Positions 1 to 10,789 are shown, counted from the stretch's first letter. The stretch: 124,000 nt of DNA from Hyalangium minutum (GCF_000737315.1 NZ_JMCB01000001.1:144001-268000), one strand, 5' to 3'. The notes: a model not told the origin generated them from the sequence alone. Numbers and translations: made by a program.

Positions 1-1
1 T

Positions 2-3000
2 CACCATGTCCGGGGCAAGCCCGTGGTAGCGGGCGTGGTCCAACTGGAGATGGTACGTGCGGCCGTAGCGGCGGCCGGCGCTGGGGCCCTGTCCTCCCTG
101 AACGACGTGGTGTGGCTCTCCACCGTGGAAGTGTCCACGGACTCGACCCTGGTGCAGCTCGCCTTGACACCTCGGGAGGATGGTTTCTCCTACGAGGTGA
201 GCATCCCGGGCACCGCCAGCACCTGCTCCCGGGGCCGCGTACGGTTCCAGGACACAGAGCCCTCGGGCACGCCACCCCGGGTGGATCTCCAGGCGCTTCA
301 GGCGAGGTGCCAGCAGCGCATCGGCAAGGCAGCGCTGTACGAAGGCTTCCGCGCGGTCGGCCTGGAATACGGGCCTTCCTTCCAGTGCGTGGAGGAGCTC
401 TGGGTGCACGGCCGTGAGGTCGTCGGGGAGCTGCGCCTGGGAGCCCAGGCCGCGCCAGAGCTCGAACACTTCGCGCTGCACCCCTCGCTGGTGGATGCGG
501 CGCTGCATACGCTCCAGGGACTGACTGCGGGGGAGTCCAGCAACGGCGAGCCGCAGACCCTGATCCCCTTCTCGGTGGCCGAGGTGCGGGTGTATGGCCG
601 GCTGCCAGCGCGGTGCTTCGCGTATGCGCAGCTGCGCGAGAACAACCGGGAGAGCGGCGTGGCCCGGTTCAACATGGCCATCCTCGACGAGTCCGGCCAG
701 TGCCTCGTGCTGTTCAAGGACTTCGCTGCACGGCGGCTCCGCGTAGCGCACGGGCCTGCCGCAGCGCCCATCCACGAGGCAGCCCCCCTTCCAGCGTCCG
801 TCCCCAGCTCGGGCTTCTTCTACCAGCCGCTCTGGAAGGAGCAGCCGCTGCCCGCCGTCGAGGCCCCCTCGAAGCCCGAGGGTGGCACGGTGCTCATCTT
901 CACCCACCCGCAGGACTGCGGGCTGGGTGCCCGGCTTGCGGCGCAGTACGGCGAGCACCGGGCCGTCCTCGTCAGCCTGGAGGACGCATGGAACGCCGAG
1001 AGCCCTGGGCTCTTGCGCATCAACCACCGTGACGCGAATCACTACTCGCACGTGCTCGCGCAGCTGCGAGAGCCGTCGGCCATCTACTTCCTCGGTGGCA
1101 TGCAGTCCAAGCGCTATAGCGCCAATGACGTGCAGCACCTGGCGCGCATGGAGGAGCGGGGTGTGGTCTCCCTGCTGCGGCTGGCCCGCGGCCTCGCGGC
1201 GCACCCTCCCGGCGCCATCCCGCTGAAGGTCGTCACCAACGACGTGTACCGCGTGCGCGAACGGGACGCCGCGTTCAACCCCTTCGCCAGCGCACTCGTT
1301 GGTTTCACCAAGGTCCTCTCTCGCGAGTTCCGCCAGCTCCAGGTGAGCTGCATCGACGTGGCGAAGGCCGAGCTCGACGCCGGTGAGGACACCGCAGCCG
1401 CAGTGCTGCGCGGTCTGCTAGCGGAGCCGGGCCTTAGCGCCGCCCTCCAGAGCGCGCTAAGGGAGGGCCGGCGCTTCGTCCAGCACCTCCATGCGGTGGA
1501 GCTGCCCGAGACAGCGCCGCAGGCGCTGTCCTTCGTGGACCGCGGCGTGTACCTCATCCTCGGAGGGGCGGGCGGCCTGGGGCTCGTTGTCGCTGAGCAC
1601 CTGGCCCGGCGGTGCAGGGCCCGGCTGGTGCTGGTCGGGCGCAGCCCGCTGCGCGAGGAGACCCGCCGCCGCATGCAGGCCATCGAAGCCGCAGGGGGTG
1701 AGGCGCTCTACCTCCAGGCAGATCTGTGCGACGTGGCGGCCATGCGGAACGTGGTCCTCCAGACACGCGCTCGCTTCGGCCCCATCTCCGGCGTCATCCA
1801 CTCGGCCATCGTCCTCCAGGACGGCGTCATCGGGCGCATGACGGAGGAGCAGCTGCGCGCGGCGCTGGCCCCGAAGGCACGCGGACTGGTCGTCCTGCAC
1901 CACGTGCTGGAAGCCGAGCCGCTCGACTTCATCGCCTGCTTCTCCTCGGCGCTCTCCTTCACGAGCGCGCCGGGCCAGGCCAACTACGCCGCGGCCTCCA
2001 CCTTCGAGGACTGCTTCGCCCTGTACCTCGAGCACCGGATGCAGCGCCCGGTGCGTGTCTTCAACTGGGGCTTCTGGGGCGACATCGGCATCGTCGCCAC
2101 GGACACCTACCGCGAGCGCATGGCCCGCCGCGGCATCGAAGCCCTCACCCGCGAAGAAGGCCTGCTCGCCTTCGACCGCGTCATGGCCGGCCGCGCCACT
2201 CAGATCTCTCCCATCAAGCTCCATCCGGAGCTCCTGGAGTCCTTCCACATGGACGCAACCCAGCTTCGGGCCCCCTACCCCGAGACTTTCCCCTCGGTGA
2301 TGACGCCCGTGACCACCCGGCTCGACGGCTTCATCCAGCAGGGCCCGGACATCCCCGGCAACGCGGAGCTGCTGCCGCTGGAGCAGCACGGACGGCTGCT
2401 GCTCCTCCAGGCCTTCCAGGAGATGGGCGCGCTGAGGAACCCTGGCGAGCGCCACACCCTCGGCGAGCTCCGGGAGCGGCTGCGCATCCTGCCCGCTTAT
2501 TCGCGGCTCTACGACGCGATGCTGGACATCCTCTCCAAGGGCGGCTTCGTGCGGCTGGCGGGAGACTCGCTCGAGGCGACGCCCGAGGTTCGCTCCTCGC
2601 ACGCGACGCCGCAAGGCATCCGGGCTCACCGCGAGTCCATGCTGGCGCGGCTGCCAGACGGGCGTGCCTTCCTGGAGCTGGTGGAGGCGTGTGTCGGCTC
2701 CTTGCCCGACGTGCTCACCGGCCGGAAGTCCCACATGGAGGTGATGTTCCCCGGCGGCTCCAAGACGCTCGTGGAGAACGTCTACAAGGGCAACCGGCGC
2801 TCGGACTACTTCAACGATCTGGTCGTCCAGAGCGTGCTGGCGGTGCTGGAAAAGCGCCTGGGAGACTCGCGGCAGGAGAAGATCGCCCTGCTGGAGATCG
2901 GCGCGGGGACGGGCGGCACGAGCGGCCGCGTGTTCGAAGCCATCCAGGCTCACGGCTCGCGCCTGACGTACGACTACACGGACATCTCCAAGAGCTTCGC

Positions 3001-6000
3001 GACGCACGGCCAGCGAACCTTCGGCCGCCGCTTCCCCTTCGCATCCTTCAAGGTGCTGGATGTGGAGAAGGACGTCATCGCGCAGGGCTTCAAACCTGGC
3101 GCCTATGATCTCATCCTGGCCACCAACGTTCTGCACGCCACGCGGAACATGACCCACACGCTGCGCCAAGCCAAGGCGCTGCTGAAGACGAACGGCGTGC
3201 TCGTCATCAACGAAGTCACGGTGGTCCAAGACTTCACCACGCTGACGTTCGGACTGACGAGCGGGTGGTGGCTGTTCGAGGATGCGAACCTGCGGCTGCC
3301 GCACTCGCCGCTGCTGGGGCTCAAGGAGTGGCGCTCGGCGCTGGAGAGCCAGGGCTTCCGCCGCGTCATGGGCTTCGGCCTGCCTCGGGGGCGCCCGGAG
3401 GTGGACGGGCAAAACGTCATTCTCTCGGAGAGCGATGGCTGGCTCGACACCTCGCGCAAGCAAGCCCCGTCCGCCCCCGAGCCGCGAGCCGCGAGCTCCA
3501 TGTTGAGCAGCACGGCGCAGCGCTGGACTCCCCCCGCCGCGCCGCAGCCGAGCGCTCCCGCCGCGGCCCAGCTGCCGCCCGCGCCCCCGGCGCGGACCGA
3601 GCCGCAGAAGCACGCGATACCGCCGCCGCCAGCGGCCGAAGCCATCCGGTACCGCCCCCCGGAGGAGCCCCTCGAGCACCGCGTGGTGGCTCCTCCGCCC
3701 GCCCCTGTGCCCGCCCGGGTGGTGGCCTCCTCACCCGTCCCGGCCGACCGGGACGAAGCCCTGCGCGAACACACCCTCACGCTCCTGCGAAGCACCCTCG
3801 CCCAGGTGTTGAAGATGGAGGCCGCGGAGCTGGAGCCGGGCGCCACCTTCGAGTCCTACGGCGTGGACTCGCTGGTGGGCATGGACTTCCTGGACAAGCT
3901 GGAGGGCGACTTCCCCAGCCTGCCCAAGACGCTGCTCTTCGAGCACATCACGCTCGATCAGCTCACCGCCCATTTCCTGCGGACCTTCCCAGAGGTGCTG
4001 CGGCGCAAGTTCGGCGGCAGCCTCGCGGCAGTGCCTCGGTCCCCACTCGCGGCGGAGCGCGCCCCCGCTGCCACGGAGCCCTCCGCGGCGTCCCGGCCCA
4101 CCGAGTCCGGTCGCGCCGCAGCCACGCTCATGGATGCGGCCTCCTTGTTCGGGGAGCCGCCGCCGGCTCCTGCCCAAACCGGAGTCCGTGAAGAGCGCAC
4201 CCCGGCCTCCACGCGCGTGGAGGGCATCGCCATCATCGGCATGAGCGGCCGCTACCCGCAGGCCGAGGATACACGCGCCTTCTGGGAGAACCTGCGTCAG
4301 GGCCGCTCCGCCTTCTCCGAGGTGCCGCCAGAGCGGTGGAGCCACAGCGCCTACCACGACGACACGGGAGAGCGCCCAGGCACCACGTACCACCGGTGGG
4401 GCGCGTTCATCGGGGACGTGGACAAGTTCGATCCGCTCTTCTTCGGCATCGCCCCGCGCGAGGCGCAGCTCATGGATCCTCAGGAGCGGCTCTTCCTGGA
4501 GACAGCCTGGGCCACGCTGGAGGACGCGGGCTGGACGAGCGCGCGGCTCAACCGCTCCGCGCACGCGGACGGGGGACAAGGCGTGGGCGTCTTCGTGGGG
4601 GTGATGTACGGGCCCTACCAGCTGCTCGCGGCCGAGGAGTGGGCACGCGGCAACCGGGTGGACGCCCAGTCCGCCTACTGGTCCATCCCCAACCGGGTCT
4701 CCTACGCCTTCGACTTCCGAGGGCCGAGCCTCGCGGTGGACACGGCATGCTCCTCGTCGCTCACCGCCATCCACCTGGCCTGCGAGAGCCTCCGCCGAGG
4801 CGAGTGCCGGGCCGCACTCGTGGGTGGCGTCAACCTCATCCTCCACCCCAGCCACCACGTGGGGTTGGGGAAGATGTCCATGCTCTCGCGAGACGGGAGC
4901 TGCCGAGCCTTTGGTGAGGGCGCCAGCGGCTTCGTGGCGGGTGAGGGCGTGGGCGCCGTGCTGCTCAAGCCCCTGGCCGACGCCATCCGCGACGGGGACC
5001 GCATCCACGGTGTCATCCTCGGCTCGGCCGTCAACAGCAACGGCAGGACGAACGGCTACACCGTGCCCAGCCCCAGCGCCCAGGCGGATCTGATCGAGAC
5101 GGCGCTAAAGCGGGCCGGCGTGGATCCGCGGACGATCTCCTACGTGGAGGCGCAGGCCGTGGGCTCCACCCTGGCGGACCCGATCGAGGTGTCTGGCCTC
5201 ACCAAGGCCTTCGAGCGCTTCACCCGCGAGCGGGGCTTCTGCGCGCTCGGCTCGGTGAAGCCCAACATCGGCCACCTCGAGGCGGCCTCGGGCGTGGCGC
5301 AGCTCACCAAGGTGCTGCTGCAGCTCCAGCACGGGCAGCTGGCGCCCTCGGTGGGCTCCGAGCGGTTGAACCCCTATATCGACTTCGAGAACTCGCCCTT
5401 CTTCGTGCAGCGGCAAGCCAGCGAGTGGCCCGAGCCGCGCGATCCCGTCACCGGGCGGCGCATTCCGAGGCGGGCCGCCGTCAGCTCCTTCGGGGCGGGA
5501 GGCGCCAATGCCCACCTCCTCATCGAGGAGTACGTGGCCCCTCGGGAGGCTGCGGTGTCCCGGGATGATGGGCGGCCTCAGCTCGTCACCCTGTCGGCGA
5601 AGCGTCCGGAACGGCTGACAGAGCAGGCCCGGAGGCTGCGCGACTTCCTCGTCGGGTCTCTGGCGTCCACGCGGACGGCCCCTCCGCTCGCGGACGTGGC
5701 GTACACGCTCCAGACGGGCCGAGAGGCCATGGGGACGCGGCTGGCGGTGCTGGCACGGGATCTCCCCTCTCTGCTGGGCGCGCTCGAGCGCTTCCTGGCG
5801 GGCCAGGACGCGCCCGGCCAGTTGTTCACGGGCGCGGTGAAGAAGTCCACGCGCCCCATGCCGCTGCCCGCGGACTCCGTACGCCAGGCGCGGGATGCGG
5901 GCCAGCTGGAGCCGCTCGCCTCGGCGTGGGCCAGCGGCTCGGAGGTGGACTGGGAGCTGCTGCACGAGGGGCAGCCTCGCAAGCGCCTTGCGCTGCCCAC

Positions 6001-9000
6001 CTACCCGTTCGCCCGGGAGCGCTACTGGCTGGATGTGTCCGCGCAGCCCGCGGCACTACCGATGGAGTCCTCGACTCCCGCCCCGGAGCCCGCCCCCCTG
6101 CCGCCCGCTCCCGCCCAGCTCCCCAACACCCAGGAGGTCCGTGTGACAGAGGACGGCACCCTGACCCGACGCGTCCAGGAGGTGCTGGTGAAGAGCATCT
6201 CCGAGATCCTCGGCGTCCGCGGCGAGGACGTGGATCTCGACGAGCACGTGAGCGACTACGGGTTCGACTCCATCTCGCTCACGAAGTTCGCGGCGCTCCT
6301 CAACAAGAACCACGGACTGGACGTCAGTCCCACGATCTTCTTCGAGCACGCCACCATCAGCAGCTTCGCGGACTACCTGGTCCGTGAGTACCGCGACGTG
6401 CTCGCGCGGGCCCTGCTGTCCACGGACGTGCAGGCGCCCCCCGCCGCTGCGAAGCCCCAGGCTCCCGCGCCTCGGGCCGCCGCGACCCAGGCTCCTGTCG
6501 CCACTCCGGCCCCGGGCGACGTCCGCGCTGTCGAGCCCATCGCCATCATCGGCATGGCTGGCCGCTTCCCAGGCTCGCCGAACCTGGCCCGCTACTGGGA
6601 GAACCTGATGGCCGGAAAGGATCTCGTCACGGAGATCCCTCGGGACCGCTTCGACTGGCGGGACTTCTACGGCGATCCGCAGAAGGATCCCACGAAGACG
6701 CCGTCGCGGTGGGGCGGCTTCCTGCAGGACGTGGATCGGTTCGACGCGCTCTTCTTCAGCATCTCGCCGCGCGAGGCGCGATCGATGGATCCGCAGCAGC
6801 GCCTCTTCCTGGAGACGGTCTGGCAGGCCATCGAAGACGCGGGCTATCCGCCCTCCCAGCTCGCGGGCACCTCCACGGGCCTGTTCGTGGGAGTGGCCGG
6901 CAGCGAGTACTCCCACCTGCTGGAGCAGTCGGGTGCGGAGATCGACGGTCAGGCGGCCACTGGCAACGCGCACAGCATCCTGGCCAACCGCGTCTCGTTC
7001 CTGTTGGATCTCCATGGCCCCAGCGAGCCGGTGGACACCGCGTGCTCCAGCTCCCTGGTCGCGGTGCATCGGGCCGTGGCGGCCATCCAGGCGGGCGAGT
7101 GCGACCTGGCGATCGCCGGCGGCGTCAACGTCCTGCTGACACCGGCCGGGTTCCTTGCCTTCGGCAAGTCCGGCATGCTGGCCGGTGACGGCCGGTGCAA
7201 GACGTTCGACCAGAAGGCGGACGGCTACGTCCGCGGCGAAGGCGTGGGGGCCGTGCTGCTCAAGCCGCTCAGCCGGGCGCTGGCGGACGGAGACACCATC
7301 TACGCCGTCGTCAAGGGCTCCGCCGTCAACCATGGAGGCCGGGCCAACTCGCTCACCGCGCCCAACCCCAACGCTCAGGCGGACCTCGTCATGCGCGCGG
7401 TGCGCAAGGCGGGCGTGGCGCCAGAGTCGATCGGCTACATTGAGGCGCACGGGACGGGGACCTCCCTGGGCGATCCCATCGAGATCAACGGCCTCAAGCG
7501 GGCCTTCCGCGAGCTGGGACTGGGTGGCACGGAGGCCTGGCGGCGCAAGTCCTGTGGGCTGGGCACCGTCAAGACCAACATCGGCCACCTGGAGACGGCC
7601 GCGGGCATCGCCGGGCTCATCAAAGTGCTGCTGGCGCTGCGCCACAAGAAGCTGCCGCCGCTCGTGCACTTCCAGCAGCTCAACGAGTACATCGACCTGG
7701 AGGACAGCCCCTTCTACGTCGTGGATAAGGCCCGGGATTGGGAGCCCGCGCGAGACGCCCGAGGCGCTGCCCTGCCACGACGCGCCGGGATCAGCTCCTT
7801 CGGCTTCGGTGGCGTCAACGTGCACCTGGTGCTGGAGGAGCATGAAGTCCCGGCCCCTCCCGAGCAGCTGTCCGGTGAAGGAGAGGCCATCCTCCTGTCC
7901 GCCCGGAGCACGGAGCGCCTGAAAGCATACGCGGAGGACTTCATCACCTTCCTGGAGGCGGTGGAGGCAGCCCCGGAGGAGCAACGCACCCGGTTGGCGG
8001 ATCTGGCCTACACGCTCCAGGTGGGCCGCGAGCACATGTCCCACCGCCTGGCCCTGATCGTCCGGAGCCGCAAGGAGCTGATCGAGAAGCTGCGCGGCTT
8101 CACGAACGAGGGCGCGGGTGGATCCGACGTCTTCGTAGGAGATGACCACTCCCACAAGGATCTGATCTCCCTCTTCAGCCAGGAGGGAGCGGACCTGGGC
8201 TACTTCGAGGAGCTGGCCCGCAGAGGCAACTCCAGGAAGCTGGCCGCGCTCTGGGCCAAGGGCTTCTCCATCCCGTGGGCGGAGCTACAGGCGCGAGGCA
8301 CGCATCGCCGGTTGCCGCTCCCCACCTACCCGTTCGCCCGGGAGCGTTACTGGCTCCCCACGCCGGTGCGAGCCGTTGCCCCGGTCCAGCCCGCGCAGCA
8401 GCCCGTCACCCAGGCCCCGCCCGCGCGAGTCCCCTCCCCGGCCGCGCCCGTGCCGCAGCCTGCGGCCACGGCTCCGGCTCCGGCTCCGGCGCCTGCTCAG
8501 TCCCCGCGAGCGGAAGAGCCCGCGCCCCGCGCTGCTCCGGCTCCGCGCGCCGAGGATGCCTCCCTGCAGCCCACAGCCCGAATCCGTGCCGTCTTCGCGG
8601 AGTTCATCGGCCTCGAGGAGCAGGCCATCGATCCGAACCGGGAGTTCACCTCCTACGGCATCGACTCCATCGCTGGCCTCCGGGTGATGCAGCGCATCCA
8701 GCAGCTCTACGGCGAGAACGTGCCGATGCTCGCCATCATCGAGCACCCGACCCTCCATCGCTTCACGAACCACCTCCTTCGCAACTACGTGAAGGCGGAA
8801 GCCGCGCCGGCCGCTCCAGCTCCCGCGGCAAGCCCAGTTCCAGCCCCGGTGGCTCCGGCTCCTGCTGCGAGTGCGCCCACCGCAGTCCCGAGCGCTCGGC
8901 CCACCTCCGAGCGCCCGTCAGCGCCCGTGCAGACGCCGCCCCCAGCACCTCGGAAGCCGGAGCCTCCGCGCACCGTGCCCGAGGTGCGGCTGGTGCCCTT

Positions 9001-10789
9001 CCAGCCCAACGGCTCCGAGACGCCGCTCTTCGGTCTTCCGGGAGACTGGGGTGACGTCGGCTGGCTCATCGGGCTCATCCCTCACCTGGGCAAGACACAG
9101 CCGGTGTATGGCCTGGACCTCGCGCCTGGCACCGAGTGCACTGTGGAGGCGCTCGCGGCAGAGTGCGTGCGCGTCCTGTTGGGTGCTCGGCCGGCCGGTC
9201 CCTACCGCCTCGCCGCCTCGGGCCTGGGCGGAGGTGTCGCCCTGGAGGCCACGCGGCGCCTGCACGAGCTCGGTCACGAGGTGTCCGAGCTGCTGCTGCT
9301 CGCCCCTGCCGCTCCTCGGCCCACGGGAGACACCGCCGCGCTGCAGCAGGCGGGAGACTCCGCCTGCGTGCTGACGTACCTGGGCAACAGCCTGGGCCAG
9401 CTGTGGCGGGCCCCTGGAGTGCTCCGCTACGACGCCCTGCCCCAGGGTGACTTCGCCGAGCAGCGGAAGGCCGTGACGCGCTTCCTCACCTCGAGCGCGG
9501 CGTGTCCGATGCCCGCCGCGAAGCTGGAACCGTGGCTGGATGGCGCTGCCCGCCAGTACGCGTTCGGGCTGCTCTCCCTGAGCCGCTACCGCCCGCGCCC
9601 GCTGTCCCGCCCGGTGCAGGCGGTGCTGATCCGTCCCCAGGAACTCCAGACGGGAGCGGGCAGCACCTACCGCCTGCCGCGCCCCCCCGCGGACGGTGTG
9701 AACACCGCAGCGGACTGGCAGGGGCTGCTGGGCAGGCCGGTTCGCGTCCTCGAGGCGCCCCAGGACTGCTTCGGCCTGCTGTCCGTCCAGGGCGTAACGT
9801 GGGTGGCGGAGCAGCTGCGCCCCGCCCGGGCCCCTGAGCCGCGAACCGAGCCCGGCGCTGACGGCCCTCGCTCCTCCATCATCGTGCCTATCAACAAGAA
9901 CGGCTCCCAGCGCGCCTCCTTCTGGGTGCACACGCTCCTGGGGGACGTCAGCTACGGCCTCAACTTCTCACGCCACCTGGGCATCGACTACCCCGTCTTC
10001 GGCATCGAGCAGTTCGATGTGGACGGCAACGTCTTCCTGCTCCCTACCATCGAGGAGATGGCCTCCCGCTACATCGACGCGCTCCGGGCCGCCCAACCTT
10101 CGGGACCCTATGTGCTCGGGGGCTACTCCTACGGCGGCATCGTTGCCTTCGAGATGGCCTACCAGCTCGGGCAGCGCGGCGAGGAGGTCTCGGATCTGGT
10201 GCTGATTGACTCCCTCATGCCAGGCACGGAGGTGTTCAACGCCATCGACACCTCGTCCTTCGTGACGGACGACTTCAGCATCATGTCGCTGATCCTCATC
10301 GGCAACTCGTTCGGCAACCGATGGCACGCCGAGCGCTACATCCAGCTCGATGAGCTCACCGGCCGGCCTCGGGACCAGCAGATCGAGCAGGTCGCGCGCC
10401 ACCTCCGGGACCGCTCGAAGACCACCCTCTCCTTCGAGGAGATCCTGCAGCTCGTCCGCCGCAACTACGACACGATCACCTCGAACAACGAGGCGCTCAA
10501 CCGCTACCGCCCCAAGGGCCCGCTCGGCCCCCGGGTGAACGCCACGCTCTTCCACGCCACCCTGGGGTTCGTCGGGCCCAACAACCCCAACAACATCCCC
10601 GAAGTGAAGATCCGCGTGGATGACCGGACCAATGGCTTCGGCCGCTACGTCCCCAGCAGCTTCCGGATCTTCGATCTGCCCGCGGACCACTACACCATCT
10701 GCACCGACGAGTTCATCAAGGTGGTCGCGGAGAAGACCCGCGTCGCCATCACCCCCATGCGCGTGCTCCCCACGGAGCGCGCTTCGTAG
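2..10789 (+). CDS. trans-AT type I PKS, terminal subunit (5' end outside window): DH-KR-cMT-ACP-KS0-ACP-KS-ACP-TE(degenerate)-TE
   Basis: Frame is open from base 2 (HHVRGKPVVAG DH motif). KR GGAGGLG/GQANYAAA; MT LEIGAGTGG; ACPs GVDSL, GFDSI, GIDSI; KS DTACSSS twice; TE GGYSYGG; no AT (GHSxG) domain within the ORF. Confidence 0.95.
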   Translation, partial: HHVRGKPVVAGVVQLEMVRAAVAAAGAGALSSLNDVVWLSTVEVSTDSTLVQLALTPREDGFSYEVSIPGTASTCSRGRVRFQDTEPSGTPPRVDLQALQARCQQRIGKAALYEGFRAVGLEYGPSFQCVEELWVHGREVVGELRLGAQAAPELEHFALHPSLVDAALHTLQGLTAGESSNGEPQTLIPFSVAEVRVYGRLPARCFAYAQLRENNRESGVARFNMAILDESGQCLVLFKDFAARRLRVAHGPAAAPIHEAAPLPASVPSSGFFYQPLWKEQPLPAVEAPSKPEGGTVLIFTHPQDCGLGARLAAQYGEHRAVLVSLEDAWNAESPGLLRINHRDANHYSHVLAQLREPSAIYFLGGMQSKRYSANDVQHLARMEERGVVSLLRLARGLAAHPPGAIPLKVVTNDVYRVRERDAAFNPFASALVGFTKVLSREFRQLQVSCIDVAKAELDAGEDTAAAVLRGLLAEPGLSAALQSALREGRRFVQHLHAVELPETAPQALSFVDRGVYLILGGAGGLGLVVAEHLARRCRARLVLVGRSPLREETRRRMQAIEAAGGEALYLQADLCDVAAMRNVVLQTRARFGPISGVIHSAIVLQDGVIGRMTEEQLRAALAPKARGLVVLHHVLEAEPLDFIACFSSALSFTSAPGQANYAAASTFEDCFALYLEHRMQRPVRVFNWGFWGDIGIVATDTYRERMARRGIEALTREEGLLAFDRVMAGRATQISPIKLHPELLESFHMDATQLRAPYPETFPSVMTPVTTRLDGFIQQGPDIPGNAELLPLEQHGRLLLLQAFQEMGALRNPGERHTLGELRERLRILPAYSRLYDAMLDILSKGGFVRLAGDSLEATPEVRSSHATPQGIRAHRESMLARLPDGRAFLELVEACVGSLPDVLTGRKSHMEVMFPGGSKTLVENVYKGNRRSDYFNDLVVQSVLAVLEKRLGDSRQEKIALLEIGAGTGGTSGRVFEAIQAHGSRLTYDYTDISKSFATHGQRTFGRRFPFASFKVLDVEKDVIAQGFKPGAYDLILATNVLHATRNMTHTLRQAKALLKTNGVLVINEVTVVQDFTTLTFGLTSGWWLFEDANLRLPHSPLLGLKEWRSALESQGFRRVMGFGLPRGRPEVDGQNVILSESDGWLDTSRKQAPSAPEPRAASSMLSSTAQRWTPPAAPQPSAPAAAQLPPAPPARTEPQKHAIPPPPAAEAIRYRPPEEPLEHRVVAPPPAPVPARVVASSPVPADRDEALREHTLTLLRSTLAQVLKMEAAELEPGATFESYGVDSLVGMDFLDKLEGDFPSLPKTLLFEHITLDQLTAHFLRTFPEVLRRKFGGSLAAVPRSPLAAERAPAATEPSAASRPTESGRAAATLMDAASLFGEPPPAPAQTGVREERTPASTRVEGIAIIGMSGRYPQAEDTRAFWENLRQGRSAFSEVPPERWSHSAYHDDTGERPGTTYHRWGAFIGDVDKFDPLFFGIAPREAQLMDPQERLFLETAWATLEDAGWTSARLNRSAHADGGQGVGVFVGVMYGPYQLLAAEEWARGNRVDAQSAYWSIPNRVSYAFDFRGPSLAVDTACSSSLTAIHLACESLRRGECRAALVGGVNLILHPSHHVGLGKMSMLSRDGSCRAFGEGASGFVAGEGVGAVLLKPLADAIRDGDRIHGVILGSAVNSNGRTNGYTVPSPSAQADLIETALKRAGVDPRTISYVEAQAVGSTLADPIEVSGLTKAFERFTRERGFCALGSVKPNIGHLEAASGVAQLTKVLLQLQHGQLAPSVGSERLNPYIDFENSPFFVQRQASEWPEPRDPVTGRRIPRRAAVSSFGAGGANAHLLIEEYVAPREAAVSRDDGRPQLVTLSAKRPERLTEQARRLRDFLVGSLASTRTAPPLADVAYTLQTGREAMGTRLAVLARDLPSLLGALERFLAGQDAPGQLFTGAVKKSTRPMPLPADSVRQARDAGQLEPLASAWASGSEVDWELLHEGQPRKRLALPTYPFARERYWLDVSAQPAALPMESSTPAPEPAPLPPAPAQLPNTQEVRVTEDGTLTRRVQEVLVKSISEILGVRGEDVDLDEHVSDYGFDSISLTKFAALLNKNHGLDVSPTIFFEHATISSFADYLVREYRDVLARALLSTDVQAPPAAAKPQAPAPRAAATQAPVATPAPGDVRAVEPIAIIGMAGRFPGSPNLARYWENLMAGKDLVTEIPRDRFDWRDFYGDPQKDPTKTPSRWGGFLQDVDRFDALFFSISPREARSMDPQQRLFLETVWQAIEDAGYPPSQLAGTSTGLFVGVAGSEYSHLLEQSGAEIDGQAATGNAHSILANRVSFLLDLHGPSEPVDTACSSSLVAVHRAVAAIQAGECDLAIAGGVNVLLTPAGFLAFGKSGMLAGDGRCKTFDQKADGYVRGEGVGAVLLKPLSRALADGDTIYAVVKGSAVNHGGRANSLTAPNPNAQADLVMRAVRKAGVAPESIGYIEAHGTGTSLGDPIEINGLKRAFRELGLGGTEAWRRKSCGLGTVKTNIGHLETAAGIAGLIKVLLALRHKKLPPLVHFQQLNEYIDLEDSPFYVVDKARDWEPARDARGAALPRRAGISSFGFGGVNVHLVLEEHEVPAPPEQLSGEGEAILLSARSTERLKAYAEDFITFLEAVEAAPEEQRTRLADLAYTLQVGREHMSHRLALIVRSRKELIEKLRGFTNEGAGGSDVFVGDDHSHKDLISLFSQEGADLGYFEELARRGNSRKLAALWAKGFSIPWAELQARGTHRRLPLPTYPFARERYWLPTPVRAVAPVQPAQQPVTQAPPARVPSPAAPVPQPAATAPAPAPAPAQSPRAEEPAPRAAPAPRAEDASLQPTARIRAVFAEFIGLEEQAIDPNREFTSYGIDSIAGLRVMQRIQQLYGENVPMLAIIEHPTLHRFTNHLLRNYVKAEAAPAAPAPAASPVPAPVAPAPAASAPTAVPSARPTSERPSAPVQTPPPAPRKPEPPRTVPEVRLVPFQPNGSETPLFGLPGDWGDVGWLIGLIPHLGKTQPVYGLDLAPGTECTVEALAAECVRVLLGARPAGPYRLAASGLGGGVALEATRRLHELGHEVSELLLLAPAAPRPTGDTAALQQAGDSACVLTYLGNSLGQLWRAPGVLRYDALPQGDFAEQRKAVTRFLTSSAACPMPAAKLEPWLDGAARQYAFGLLSLSRYRPRPLSRPVQAVLIRPQELQTGAGSTYRLPRPPADGVNTAADWQGLLGRPVRVLEAPQDCFGLLSVQGVTWVAEQLRPARAPEPRTEPGADGPRSSIIVPINKNGSQRASFWVHTLLGDVSYGLNFSRHLGIDYPVFGIEQFDVDGNVFLLPTIEEMASRYIDALRAAQPSGPYVLGGYSYGGIVAFEMAYQLGQRGEEVSDLVLIDSLMPGTEVFNAIDTSSFVTDDFSIMSLILIGNSFGNRWHAERYIQLDELTGRPRDQQIEQVARHLRDRSKTTLSFEEILQLVRRNYDTITSNNEALNRYRPKGPLGPRVNATLFHATLGFVGPNNPNNIPEVKIRVDDRTNGFGRYVPSSFRIFDLPADHYTICTDEFIKVVAEKTRVAITPMRVLPTERAS

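Noticed and set aside
2-10789. Beta-branching in these modules
   Set aside because: ACPs lack the Trp flag after GxDS, and no HMG-CoA synthase/ECH cassette is visible in the window
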